Part shown: positions 53,511 through 64,000 of the stretch, piece by piece
Layout of the letters: the number at the start of each line of letters is the position of its first letter
Numbering within the stretch: the stretch's first letter is position 1
Source of the DNA: Savitreella phatthalungensis
Lineage: Eukaryota
DNA length: 64,000 bases
NCBI GenBank assembly: GCA_051599415.1
Contig: AP039699.1
Coordinates: 124,001-188,000 of the forward strand
Direction of reading: 5' to 3'
Program-made: the position numbers and the translations under genes
The notes under the pieces: model-generated
Database searches by the model: none
The model's input: only the letters and a program-made list of their open reading frames with translations
Told to the model about the DNA's origin: nothing

Positions 53511-54107
53511 GCATCAAAATGTGGCTGTACGATGGGCAAGAGAAGCGAGTTGATGTGACGTGATGTGATGTGATTTCCAGCAGAGTTGAGAGACAAAGGA
53601 TGAGCGCACAAATTCTTTCTGGCTAGCAGAGCCGATAATTTCCTGCGGAAGCGCTGCGCTAGACTCGTGACTTGCTTCGAAAGGGTAGCGCTGCTTGGTA
53701 AAGAATGTCGATATGACAAGGCGTCAGGCAGAGGTCAGGCTGTCGACGTGACTTTTCCCCGACTCTTTAAGCGCCGACAGAAACGGAAAAGGTGGGTAAG
53801 GGAGAAGCGCACCTAGGTCTCGGTCGAGGACGTGCCTAGAATCTGATTTCTGAAGCCGGCCCTTTGAGGTTGGTCGGTGGAGAGGGAGGTTGTGTGGTCT
53901 ACTAGGTTGCTTCCAGAGAGAGTAAGTATTAAGCGTGCTGAGGATGGTTGTACCCTTTGACTGTACTGTACTGCTTGCACCTGACTCGAGCGTGCAGATG
54001 CATAAATTATGTTCAGTTGTTATATGCATAATTTATATATGGTATTGACTCGATCGGGCTCAGATGCAGATGCACTCACGCGTCTTGATTCACCATGCAC
54101 GGGTCAG

Positions 54108-54200
54108 TCAGTCACTTACTCACTAACTCATTCACTCACTCACTCATTCACACTTACTCATTCGCTCACTCATTAACTCACTCACTTGATCACTCACAAA
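54108..54200 (+). repeat. Degenerate (CACT/CATT)n tract in the AT-rich divergent intergenic region
   Basis: cactcattcactcactcactcattcacacttactcattcgctcactcattaactcactcac. Confidence 0.75.
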
Positions 54201-55105
54201 AGTGGGTGGAAGCTAGTCTACTCAAAATACAAATCAATGCACAAACTCATATGGCAAATCTTACACTCAAATTTCACTTAATCTGATCACTCAATCACTC
54301 ACCCATCCACTCAACAACTTCATTACTCCTCGCGTAGATTTATACAATATCATATCACATTTGTATAATGCAAGTGCATATATTTTAAAATACAGTATAC
54401 AGTATATACAATTTATGCATGCTTAAAATATTCATTCAACCACTCAATATTGCATCTGGCCACATCCTGTTCGTATATACTGTACAAATATTCATACACT
54501 GTACATGCATGATAAATGCACAATTAGTCTATATACTCATCCATGGCATGGATCACTTCCAGTTATGTATCCACATAACATCAGCGCCTACACAGCTCAC
54601 TCATCAGACAATACTAAACGCATTACCTCACTGCCATCGATCCTATTCACCTGATCGATAATCCATGTATACAGCACGGTACAACTAAATCTCGTCTTTC
54701 GTAGGTGCTTTTGTGTATACTGTACATGCACGTGAGTGTGGACCAGGTGATCAGCTCAATTGTGGAGCCGGTTTCAACCTTGCCCCCCCGCGGAGAGGCG
54801 CTTCAGGCTAGAGGGTCAAGCTACAGTCCACCTCTAGCGCTTATCGACGACTTTATCCCATGATCAAGAGTGACCTCCTCTTCTCTACACCTCTCATCAT
54901 TGAATTCAGCGTCGCGTATCCTTTGCAAATCAGCGCACGCGTTCCCATCACTAGACCCGTCAGCAGGAAAACTTCGAGGTCGCGTTTCAAAGTTGTCCGC
55001 TGTATCACGCCAATCGGGTCGAATCTCAAGCCATGGGCAGCTAGGCTCTCAAATACGCTGTGCTGCTATCCAAACTGGAACATCTTTTCCTTTTGAGCTC
55101 TTCGC

Positions 55106-58100
55106 ATGGCAGTCCCTGCCCATTCAAACACTCATGCACGTCTCCAGGAGCTCACACTGTGGACGCATGAACCAGCCACATCCGCGGCAGACTGTATCCT
55201 TAATTACGACCTAGCGGATCTGCAGCAGCTCCCTGACGACAAGATCTTCGAGATCTCCCTCGCAGTCCCTCACACTGGCACATCTACAAATGACCATCTC
55301 TCATCGACAGCAGCGAATCATGCAAATGCCACAAACAACATTGCCCCACAAACCTCCGTCCCTTCTCCTTTTCCATCGCTCGCTCCCTCCACATTCTCAG
55401 CATCCGCTCAAAGCAGACAGAACTCCTTGACGTCAGCCAAGACCTTCGTCGTCTCACCCAGCGACGTCACAACAGACATCAAGAAGCGAACCCCAAATCT
55501 TCAGGTGTCCGTTTCTCAAGCCCTCGGATCAGCGCTCAACACTGGTACACGCTCCCTGGTCCGAATTCGTGCGGTCAGGAAGCTAGACCATGTGGCAGAC
55601 TACATTGTCCTCTATTTCAGAGACCAGTACATCTCTCGCTCAGACATGTGGAACGTCGCCCTCGAGCTCCAACATCAGTGTGTCTGGGTTGGCAAAAAGG
55701 TCACATTATCGACAGGGATCCGCGCAGAAGTGAGGCAGGTCCTGCGCAACGGTCAACCACTCTTCTCCGGATTTGTCTCACCAGACACAAAACCGATCTT
55801 TCGCAGTGAATCAGCTCGCTACCTAATCTTCCTTCAGATGAGCTCCGAGATGTGGGACTTCGAGGATGATGGAGAGCTCTTCTACAACAAGGCAATTGAT
55901 GGCTTCTTACCCGACCTTTTCAAGCACTGGAAAACAATTCGCGCTCATCACCTCGTCAGCATCATCCTCGTCACACGTGTCAATTACAGGGGCATCGTCG
56001 GTGCCTTCTGCCTACCGCGGAATCCTGAGTCCAGAGGCAATCGACATATGCTCGAGGAGATTGAGCATGAGGCTGCCCGTCCGGAATATCTCAAAGACTT
56101 CTACAAGGTCGTCGTGGACAACGTGTCAAGTGACAACTGGGAGGCCACCCTCACGGAGCTCAAACGTGAGCTTCATGGCTTTCGAAGAGATGTCATGCTG
56201 CGCAAGATGAGCGGCCAAAGGGATATCGAGGAGGGTGTCATCTCAGGTTACCTGAGTTCAGCAATGGAGGGCAACTTGCTCGAGACCATCAATCTGGCTG
56301 CCCATCAATTCAACCGCGACTTCATTGATCGTGACTTGCTACGCACGGGAACAAGCATCATCATCGTCACCGCTGGCACGGGCATTTTCGAGGTTGATGA
56401 AAAGCTTCTTCATCTCACGGGGGAGAATTTGCTCGGCAACAGTATGGGGATCGACATCGTCAGTTTGAGCAAACGGCCCCTGCACATCACGCCGATCTTA
56501 CGCTTCCGAAAACGGAGACCTGAACACCAGCAATACCAATCAGACAAGAACGCTTCACTCATCCGTCGTCCGGACGCCGATTACGAATACATCGTGCCTT
56601 TCTTCTGTGAAGTCAGCTACTTTGGCAGTGGCGAACAGCTCTTCATCATCAAAGATGACGCCAAGTTCGAATCACGTTGCAAGATGCACGAACTCCAAAT
56701 GATGGGTGTGATGGAAGATGAGATGAGCGCCATCGCGATTGAACAGCTCAAGGTCGGAACGACCGGCTCCAGTATCGCCAAAGACGACCTAGAGCGTCTT
56801 GCTCAGGATTATGATGATAGCTGCTTTGCGGACGATCACACGTCCTGGCAGCAGGAGCCACCTACTGTGCCAGGTGCCCTGACACAGCTCACACGACGGC
56901 ACCACAATCGGCAGCGCACGCACGACCTATACGGTACGAGTGTCCCTGACGATGGCAGTAATGCGTCCTTCCAAGGACTCTACGAGGCTGCACGTGGAAC
57001 TCGACGCATGTCATCACATCACAGTGTCGGCGGCTCATCTGGCCGCTCCGGCTCGCTGTCCCCACGCGAATCCCTGAAGATGAGCCCCATCAATCGAAGA
57101 GCGCTGCCTGAGATTACCGTACGACATCAGCAAAGCCCAGCTGTACGGCCCCCGCTTGGCGCCCGCAGACCGACACTCGGTCGCCAGTTCTCTGCGGCAA
57201 GCACGAAACTTCTCACCCTGAAAGCACAGCCAAGTATCGCGTCCATGACATCCGCGGTGACAATCTCGAGCGCTCTCACGCAATCACACCTGCCTATCGT
57301 GACGAAGGGTTTCATCCTGCCGAACGTCGACAACCGCGCAAGCGAGCCTCTTAAGACGGTGGCTATCCCCATTCGCGAGCATGAAGGGTCGTATGCAGAG
57401 CGCTCGAGTCCTGTGATCAGACGGAGACTACTGAATGTCGACGACGAGCTGTCCAAAGATCGCGCCGTCTCCGTCAGCCTAGAAGATCGAGAACGAGGCA
57501 GGAGTCGGCAGCTCGACCGCATTGGCGTTCTAACGAATGTTTCCAAAAAGGACATCGCCACGTCACCCGAGCCTGCGACCGAAGATCCTATGCCGTGGCG
57601 CGTGCTCCGAAACCCATGTCATCCGCGGCAGAATGACACAGCATGGAACACGCGAGCTTGGCGATGGGCTTTCATCTCCAGCATGAACAGACGTACAGGC
57701 GCAATCAATTGGGAATCTCTGTGTGCGCCAGCGGCCATGCCGTTATTGGCCTACAATCCTGTCGACCTTTCTGACCTTGAGAGCGACCACTGGACTGAAA
57801 ACTCCTATGGCATCTATCTCGACATGGAGAGTGTGGCGCTGACGCTTGATGGGCTTCTGCACGAGATGGTGGGTCAGAGACTCAATCACGGCTTTCAGAT
57901 CGCGTCTGTCTCATCGCCCTACGATCGTCGAGGTCACAATCCTGGCGACACTCACGATAGAACGATTTACTTGACTCACGCGGACAAGGAGATTCACAGC
58001 TTGCGAAAAGACCCAGGGGCTTCGACGATTGAGGTGCGAAAATACATACGCAAGCGCAGCGTACCACAGCCACTTGATTATCGCTGCCTGATCTGGCAGA

Positions 58101-60397
58101 TCGCAGCAGAGGATGGATATGAGGACAGCCGAGTCTTGATGCGCTCCATGCCTACGACTCATAACTGGAACTTCGTCGACCAGATCATCTCTGGCGCCGA
58201 GTTGACATTGACGGAATCGGTCCGATACTGGCGTGCCCGTTTCGTCCTCGTCCCCGCTGAATTGACAAAAGAGCGTCGACAGGCTCATCAATCTTCTGCA
58301 CCGAAAGACGAGACATTCACTGACGAAGAGATTCGTCTAGCCGGCGTCAACAAGATCCTCGAACTTGTGTACAGGCAGCAGTATTTCACGCCTGCTGAGC
58401 GCAAAGCCCTGCCGCGAACCACCATGACCCGTCAGCGCATCACCTCTCCCGACATCAACTTTACAACTTTCGATCCGAGTGTCTATGTCGCTCAAGAGCT
58501 TATGGCCTCAGACAGCGCAAGCGTGCGTGCCGTCACAGGCTCTGATCAAGCCACACGTTCACGAGAGCACAGTAAGGCCGAGCGCATCCAAGACGAGACC
58601 CCTCTGAGCGTCATTGCTTCAGAGATGCAAGGACCGAAAGGTATCACGATCAAGGACAGGCTGTGGCATTGGCGGTGGCACGAGAACTGTTGGGTGGGTA
58701 GCGACTTTGTGTCATGGCTTCTGGCTGCTGCTGAACTCGAGAGCCGTGAAGAAGCGACGCGACTTGCACAGCGTCTGATGGAGCGAGGTCTCTTTGAGCA
58801 CGTCAAAGCGAATCACGCATTCCTCGATGGCTTCTACCTCTATCGACTTCGGGCCGAGCACGCCAGTCGGACTACGAGAAGCAAAAGCTGGTTCAGTTCC
58901 GCAGCTGGCAACAGTCGACGAGTTACCCCTACACCGCCTAGTATCCCAGCGACGCCAGCACCTAAGCCATCTCCGTCCACAGGACGGGCGAGAGCATCGT
59001 CGAACGTATCAAGCGCAGGACTTATGTCTCCAAGTCTGCGACCACAAAAGTTACGACGAAGATTCGAGATGAGTAAGTTCATCCGCGTTGACATAGACCC
59101 ACACAAGCGAAGCACACGTCCGGAGTACGTCAATCTGCACTACGATGCCGTTCATCGTCCGGGCAACGCACTTCATCTTCGACTCGAGTGGATTTCGGTG
59201 ACGGCAAAGCTGGTGGATGAGATCGTGCAATCGTGGTCGCGTACGGCTGAGAAGTACGGACTCGCTCTGGTTGAGATGCCTGTCGAAGAAGCGGCGGCGG
59301 TCACCACTTCTAACCCTTTCCGAAAACCGCTGAGCGTCAAGCTTGCGGTCAACCCGCCGTTAGTCCTCATGTCGGATCCGCTCGACTTGAGCGGAGATGG
59401 CAATGCACAAGCGGCGGAAACCTTGGAGAACATCTCGCTCGAGTTCTGGATGGCTCGGATCCTGCGCAAGTTTGACTTCATCCTCGATCGCGAGGCAGAC
59501 GGAAAATTTCCGAAAGGCGTCGAACTCGTTTGGAGCTTTGGCAAGTCCACCTTCCGCTATTCGCAATTCGTCCACAAGAGTGGGATGGCCATCTGTCAGA
59601 TCACTCCGGACGGCTTCCTTTGGCTCACCAACAGACTGTTCGTCAGTCGTGTCGCAGGTAGCGCATTGCTATCGCAACTGCCCAGTCCCGTCAGGCGAAC
59701 AGGCTCAATCAACGCAGCCGCGCCGGATCTACTGCGAAATCAGTTCCTCGAGTGGTGCACATACCCAGAGCAGCTAACGCAGTGGTACGAGGAGCAAGTT
59801 GTCGTGCTCGAGCAGGAACGTCTCGAACATCAATCGGGCGGAGCCAAGGCGCAAGAAGCAGCAGCAGCAGCGGCAGCTGCGCTTGCCTCCGCTGTCACTG
59901 CATATGGTACTACCTCACCAGCAATCATCTCCTCTGCTACGCCCTCGGGCTCTGGTCAAGCGACCACAAATAGCGGCAGCAGATTCGGATCTTCACTTCT
60001 TCCTGCCACCCCGAGTATCCCATTCCTCGAAGCGTCGGCACTCGCGCCCGGCCCAGGATTGACCTCCGATCTGCTCAGTCCGACATCTGTTGGGACGCCA
60101 GGCGCACGGCTACCGCTTGCCGCTGCCGATCTCACGCGATCCGCCAGTGCTTTAGGCGTTCTAGACGATGCAGCCGAAAGGATGACGATCGATTCTGTTC
60201 ATCTCCCGGAAAGTCTTTCGGCCTCGCTCGCAAAGCTGTCCCGCACCCAGCACGACCGACAGTCAACCTCGTCACAACCCATGTCAAGAGCATCCTCAAT
60301 CTCAGTCAAACCTTCCACACCACGTCCACCATCCGACCCTCACAATGACTCTGAGCTCGACAAGACCCCACGGAAACACCCACAGCAAGCGACCTAG
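55106..60397 (+). CDS. IML1: Iml1/DEPDC5, GATOR1 (SEACIT) subunit
   Basis: FRDQYISRSDMW, FRSESARYLIFLQMSSEMWDF, DFYKVV, GNLLETIN, DRDLLRTG, WESLCAPAAMPL, and a DEP domain IKDRLWHW..GSDFVSWL..FLDGFYLY. Confidence 0.96.
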   Translation: MAVPAHSNTHARLQELTLWTHEPATSAADCILNYDLADLQQLPDDKIFEISLAVPHTGTSTNDHLSSTAANHANATNNIAPQTSVPSPFPSLAPSTFSASAQSRQNSLTSAKTFVVSPSDVTTDIKKRTPNLQVSVSQALGSALNTGTRSLVRIRAVRKLDHVADYIVLYFRDQYISRSDMWNVALELQHQCVWVGKKVTLSTGIRAEVRQVLRNGQPLFSGFVSPDTKPIFRSESARYLIFLQMSSEMWDFEDDGELFYNKAIDGFLPDLFKHWKTIRAHHLVSIILVTRVNYRGIVGAFCLPRNPESRGNRHMLEEIEHEAARPEYLKDFYKVVVDNVSSDNWEATLTELKRELHGFRRDVMLRKMSGQRDIEEGVISGYLSSAMEGNLLETINLAAHQFNRDFIDRDLLRTGTSIIIVTAGTGIFEVDEKLLHLTGENLLGNSMGIDIVSLSKRPLHITPILRFRKRRPEHQQYQSDKNASLIRRPDADYEYIVPFFCEVSYFGSGEQLFIIKDDAKFESRCKMHELQMMGVMEDEMSAIAIEQLKVGTTGSSIAKDDLERLAQDYDDSCFADDHTSWQQEPPTVPGALTQLTRRHHNRQRTHDLYGTSVPDDGSNASFQGLYEAARGTRRMSSHHSVGGSSGRSGSLSPRESLKMSPINRRALPEITVRHQQSPAVRPPLGARRPTLGRQFSAASTKLLTLKAQPSIASMTSAVTISSALTQSHLPIVTKGFILPNVDNRASEPLKTVAIPIREHEGSYAERSSPVIRRRLLNVDDELSKDRAVSVSLEDRERGRSRQLDRIGVLTNVSKKDIATSPEPATEDPMPWRVLRNPCHPRQNDTAWNTRAWRWAFISSMNRRTGAINWESLCAPAAMPLLAYNPVDLSDLESDHWTENSYGIYLDMESVALTLDGLLHEMVGQRLNHGFQIASVSSPYDRRGHNPGDTHDRTIYLTHADKEIHSLRKDPGASTIEVRKYIRKRSVPQPLDYRCLIWQIAAEDGYEDSRVLMRSMPTTHNWNFVDQIISGAELTLTESVRYWRARFVLVPAELTKERRQAHQSSAPKDETFTDEEIRLAGVNKILELVYRQQYFTPAERKALPRTTMTRQRITSPDINFTTFDPSVYVAQELMASDSASVRAVTGSDQATRSREHSKAERIQDETPLSVIASEMQGPKGITIKDRLWHWRWHENCWVGSDFVSWLLAAAELESREEATRLAQRLMERGLFEHVKANHAFLDGFYLYRLRAEHASRTTRSKSWFSSAAGNSRRVTPTPPSIPATPAPKPSPSTGRARASSNVSSAGLMSPSLRPQKLRRRFEMSKFIRVDIDPHKRSTRPEYVNLHYDAVHRPGNALHLRLEWISVTAKLVDEIVQSWSRTAEKYGLALVEMPVEEAAAVTTSNPFRKPLSVKLAVNPPLVLMSDPLDLSGDGNAQAAETLENISLEFWMARILRKFDFILDREADGKFPKGVELVWSFGKSTFRYSQFVHKSGMAICQITPDGFLWLTNRLFVSRVAGSALLSQLPSPVRRTGSINAAAPDLLRNQFLEWCTYPEQLTQWYEEQVVVLEQERLEHQSGGAKAQEAAAAAAAALASAVTAYGTTSPAIISSATPSGSGQATTNSGSRFGSSLLPATPSIPFLEASALAPGPGLTSDLLSPTSVGTPGARLPLAAADLTRSASALGVLDDAAERMTIDSVHLPESLSASLAKLSRTQHDRQSTSSQPMSRASSISVKPSTPRPPSDPHNDSELDKTPRKHPQQAT

Positions 60398-60473
60398 GTT
60401 GTTGAAACAGTGTATGTACATAAATTTGTATTTATTATGACATGATGTCCTTCAGGCATTCCACAACGGGATT

Positions 60474-61328
60474 TTACTTCTTGCGCATGAGATGCAGTCG
60501 GGCTGGGTTGATATCGGCGAACTGATCTCTCTCGGCAGTTGCATTTGACTCGGCTGGTTGAGCCGCACTTCCGTTGGCGCGCTTCTTCGATGGTGGAGGC
60601 GGAATCTTCGGCTTGCTAGCTTTCTCCTCACGCGCCTTGTCGCGCTCCTCCTTCAGCTTTGCGTTCTTCGAGGCGATCTTGTTCTTCCTCTTCTCGCCTG
60701 TACCACCGCCGCCGGCAGTTAGCTCCACGTTGATCTTCCTGCCCTTGAAGTCGGTGTGGTGTAAGTTCAAACACCGGTCAAGAGATCTGCCTGACGGTAG
60801 ATCAACAAAGCAGAACCCTTTCGGCTTCCCAGTCTTCGCGTCCGTAGCCAGTCGAACAGAACTCAAAGCACTCGCATCACCTCCCTTCTTACCCCTTTTC
60901 TTCGGCCGTTCACCATCTTCCCCAGCAGGCTTCTCGGCCACATATCCGTCGCAAAAGGGGTCAAACAATGCTTTCAAGTCCTCAGCAGTCGTATCGTACG
61001 ACAAATTGCCGACGAAAAGCGTGTACCGCTTATTCGCATTGGCTGCCGACTTTGCAGCGGCCGCGGCCGCCTGCTTCTCCTGCTGTGCTTGACGGCGAAC
61101 CTCCACACTCTCTCCTGTGACAGGGTCGACAATGCCAACATCGGTCGAGGCCTCAGCACTCACAGCGGCTTTGCCAAGAGCAGCATCCTCAGCACCCTTG
61201 CGCTGCTTCTTCGAGCCGCTCCACGACGCAGCAGCCTTCCGCTTCCGCTTCGACAATTCAGATGTACCTGTAGAACCACCATCACCCGCCTTCTCCCCGG
61301 TCACAGCCATACGGCCGACCGCCACCAT
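60474..61328 (-). CDS. NOP6: Nucleolar RRM protein, Nop6-like
   Basis: RYTLFVGNLSY (RNP2), KGFCFVDL (RNP1), LHHT..GRKINVELTAGGGG and C-terminal INPARL. Confidence 0.85.
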   Translation of the reverse strand: MVAVGRMAVTGEKAGDGGSTGTSELSKRKRKAAASWSGSKKQRKGAEDAALGKAAVSAEASTDVGIVDPVTGESVEVRRQAQQEKQAAAAAAKSAANANKRYTLFVGNLSYDTTAEDLKALFDPFCDGYVAEKPAGEDGERPKKRGKKGGDASALSSVRLATDAKTGKPKGFCFVDLPSGRSLDRCLNLHHTDFKGRKINVELTAGGGGTGEKRKNKIASKNAKLKEERDKAREEKASKPKIPPPPSKKRANGSAAQPAESNATAERDQFADINPARLHLMRKK

Positions 61329-61709
61329 CTTCAAGGTCTATCGACTGATCAAGAAAGGACTGACTCCTTCGGATGAAGATATCGTTGTGCCTGGATGTGT
61401 GCTGTGCTGTGCTGTGCCTGCGTCTAAGCTTGTACAAGGTTGCTCAAGGAGTAATAGACTGATTGATCTTATTGATCATGCTTGCGTGCATGCATATGAA
61501 TCAAGAACTGTATGACTGACTGAATTGGAACAATTGATTGCCATATTTAAATTATGCATGAACAGGTTACGCGGTAAAAATAAACACATCAACACGTGAT
61601 TCAATCAATCAAACAAACCTACAAAGACGCGTCTTCATCAACAACATTCATCACTGCTTCATTACTGCTTCATATGACTCCCTCATAGCTTATACTTACC
61701 TATACAGTG

Positions 61710-64000
61710 ATGACAATCCCTTTAGAGCTCAGAGAAGCGCTATTATGTCTAGCTGGCTATGAGTCAGGAATATTCGTCAGAAAGCCAACGCCTCAGGACG
61801 AGCTATCACAAGATCTTCCAGAGACAAACTGGCACATCGATCGCGCCTATGCAGAGGCAGCAGACCTCCTCCACGGGCAGATAGGTGCTTATGATCGTAT
61901 TGCTGCTCTTGCTCATGACTACTATCACATTCGCAACAGCATCAAGCACTGCGTCGAACGTGACATTTACAGATCCAACGTCATCGATGCCTGTGCACGT
62001 GTGCTCGAAGAGCATCTTGACGGATGGACTGACTTGCTCGTCAGTATAGAGAGACGTCTGGTTTCACGAGATCCAGATCTCGTCTCACCCGATAGCGAAT
62101 CCTTCTCGCTGATCCGTATCGTCGCTGAGCTAGAGACCTGGGCGATTCCTCTTAAACAGATCAAGCAACTCACAACGCTCATGATCGCCGTCCAGGACCC
62201 CGAAAAGCCTCAAGACACTACTGCCGTGCTGCTTGACACCGTTCGTGCCAATACCAACACTGGATTTCTAGCCATGGCCAAGGTCAACGCGAAGCTCTGC
62301 AATTGGGCCGAAACCGCCTGGAAACTGTCTCTACGCAACTGGCTTGTCTATGGCGATCTATCTCCAGTCGAAGGTGACTTCCTTATCTCGGAGAAACCAT
62401 CCACAGCCGATAAGACAGCGCAGCCGAAGTTCATCATCGATCCGATGCTCCTTCCATCATTCCTCTCCACAACCACAGCCGCCTTGATCCGCGACGTTGG
62501 CGCCACCGTCGTACGTCTGCGCCGAGAACCTTCATTGGATCATCTGGCACGCAGACAGCTGCTATGCGCCCGCCGGCACGCTGCCTGGATCGAAGCTCTG
62601 CCGGTGCCCCTCGACCCGCGTCAGCTCACTCGTTGTGTCCGGCGGATTCACAAAAGCCTCTCGCTTACCGTCCTCGCAGCCATCATCTCAGCGCACCAAG
62701 CTGCAGAAGCCCTCGACGTCCTTGCAGACCACTGTCTCATCCGAAACGGTGAGTTCGCGCGCATCCTTTGCGACAAAGTCGACACCGAGTTCCGTCGTCC
62801 CACGTCCTCTGGCAGTGGCGCACCACCCGATATTCGCGCTCTCCGAGACTCCACTGTCGATACTATCCTTGTCCGTGCCATCGAGCAACTCCAAGCACTC
62901 GACGACAGCGATCTTCGTGCCATCGGTGAGTCCGAAGCAGTCGTCACGCCATTGTCCCTCCGCCTTCAGCTTGCAGCCGATGAAGCACCCGAGCGACCGT
63001 CGTCTTCAGGCTTGCCGACTCTAGATGCTCTGACGCGGATGTTCAGTAGTGCACTGTTTGGCGTTCCTGTGCGAATTACGTTGTCGCTCGAGTGGCCTCT
63101 GTCACTGATGCTGGCGCCGCGAGACCTCGAGGCATACAACCTCGCCTTCCACTATCTGAGTGGCATACGCCGCGCACAAACCCTACTCGACGACCTGTGG
63201 CGGACGCGGCGATCCGATGCGGGCCTCGCCACCATCGGCTCATCCGCCAAACAGCAACCCGGCGACGATGGCGGCGTCGTGCCAAAGCGTGCCTGGCTGA
63301 TCGCCCACGCCACCAGGCAATTCCTCGAGACCGTCGGAGCGCACTTCCAACGTTACCCCGTCAGGCGTTACAGCGCGCTTTGCCACCAGCACTGCCAAGA
63401 AATAATCCATCCGATCGAAAGCGACGCACGGCTTGACGACAACTCGCCTGAAGCCGTTCAGCGAGAGCTCGACCTCGCACTCGCAGGCACACTTGACAAG
63501 ACTGATGCACCAGAGCTGTGGGACGACAGCGCGCCGGAGGACGCTGCTGATGAAGACGATGACGAATTTGACAGCATGACGACCAACACCGCGAGTTCCT
63601 ACAACGGACCTGCTCGACTATCCGAGGTCTTACGCCGCGGCCTCGATGCTTTGCTGATCGATCTACTTCTCTATCGAGACGGCTTCACCTCACCTCTGGC
63701 GAGTATGCTCCGCCAGGTCGACACCCTGTGCTCGACAGTCAACCATGCGCGAAGGCGTGCAGCCACATTGGCCCTCGACGCGGCCGACACTCCAGGCACC
63801 TCGCCTCGCGATTTGTGGGCACAAGATGAGGACATGCAGGCCATTCAAGCCCGACTAGAGCGCATCAGCGGATCCCTCGCCACCTCGAGAGCAGCAGCCG
63901 TTGCCGACCTCGCGGCACCAGACATCGCAAACCTCGATCTCAAGCAACCGGACGACAAAGCTGCCGTAGCAAGAGCAAGAAACCTCAGGAGGTATCGTGG
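61710..64000 (+). CDS. GCP4: Gamma-tubulin complex component GCP4/Gfh1-like (Spc97/Spc98 family), 3' end beyond the window
   Basis: Absent from the ORF track, consistent with no stop in the window. Manual translation gives MTIPLELREALLCLAGYESGIF..LRNWLVYGDL..ITLSLEWPLSLML..YNLAFHYLSGIRRAQ. Confidence 0.85.
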   Translation, partial: MTIPLELREALLCLAGYESGIFVRKPTPQDELSQDLPETNWHIDRAYAEAADLLHGQIGAYDRIAALAHDYYHIRNSIKHCVERDIYRSNVIDACARVLEEHLDGWTDLLVSIERRLVSRDPDLVSPDSESFSLIRIVAELETWAIPLKQIKQLTTLMIAVQDPEKPQDTTAVLLDTVRANTNTGFLAMAKVNAKLCNWAETAWKLSLRNWLVYGDLSPVEGDFLISEKPSTADKTAQPKFIIDPMLLPSFLSTTTAALIRDVGATVVRLRREPSLDHLARRQLLCARRHAAWIEALPVPLDPRQLTRCVRRIHKSLSLTVLAAIISAHQAAEALDVLADHCLIRNGEFARILCDKVDTEFRRPTSSGSGAPPDIRALRDSTVDTILVRAIEQLQALDDSDLRAIGESEAVVTPLSLRLQLAADEAPERPSSSGLPTLDALTRMFSSALFGVPVRITLSLEWPLSLMLAPRDLEAYNLAFHYLSGIRRAQTLLDDLWRTRRSDAGLATIGSSAKQQPGDDGGVVPKRAWLIAHATRQFLETVGAHFQRYPVRRYSALCHQHCQEIIHPIESDARLDDNSPEAVQRELDLALAGTLDKTDAPELWDDSAPEDAADEDDDEFDSMTTNTASSYNGPARLSEVLRRGLDALLIDLLLYRDGFTSPLASMLRQVDTLCSTVNHARRRAATLALDAADTPGTSPRDLWAQDEDMQAIQARLERISGSLATSRAAAVADLAAPDIANLDLKQPDDKAAVARARNLRRYR

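Noticed and set aside
54730..54900. Structured ncRNA (RNase MRP/P or C/D snoRNA) suggested by ATGATGA..CTGA on the minus strand
   Set aside because: No convincing P1/P4 helices or conserved regions; a cmscan against Rfam would be needed.
18102..64000. Functional clustering of two Rag GAP genes (LST4, IML1) and two tubulin-related genes (TBCD, GCP4)
   Set aside because: They are separated by many unrelated genes; chance co-location is likely without synteny evidence.
1..64000. TGA recoding (alternative genetic code) to explain the interrupted frames; tRNAs; CRISPR arrays; intact transposons
   Set aside because: Several conserved genes end normally at TGA, and the relics also contain TAA and TAG. 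I saw no cloverleaf, repeat-spacer array, LTR/TIR pair or transposase/RT motif.

Overview
Gene-dense, intron-poor eukaryotic (ascomycete fungal) DNA. Short GT..AG introns with CTRAC-type branch points and the gene set (Spf31-, Dre4/Urn1-, TBCD-, GCP4-like genes plus a velvet gene) fit an early-diverging ascomycete such as Taphrinomycotina; this is inference only. About 24 protein-coding genes are supported: RPS16, CYB5, an MDR reductase, an uncharacterised EKNW-motif membrane protein, STE20/PAK (locally frameshifted), PNPOx-like, SHB17-like, MRPL4, ILV1, LST4/FNIP, ADH, a WSC/Ser-Thr protein, EF-hand NDE, ESF1, velvet, WW-FF, THI20, HSE1, a hypothetical, SPF31, TBCD, a PRRC2-like protein, IML1/DEPDC5, NOP6-like and GCP4 (runs off the window). 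I recognised no tRNA, rRNA, CRISPR array or intact transposon. The most interesting unexplained signals are: (i) minus-strand, stop-interrupted, Cys-rich or signal-peptide-like reading frames in intergenic islands, which look like decaying secreted-protein genes; (ii) long ATG-depleted leaders with uORFs and Gcn4-like TGACTCA sites on nutrient-signalling genes; (iii) a probable fungal PRRC2/BAT2 homolog; (iv) a double frameshift in the STE20 kinase domain. No new multi-gene system can be claimed with confidence from the sequence alone.
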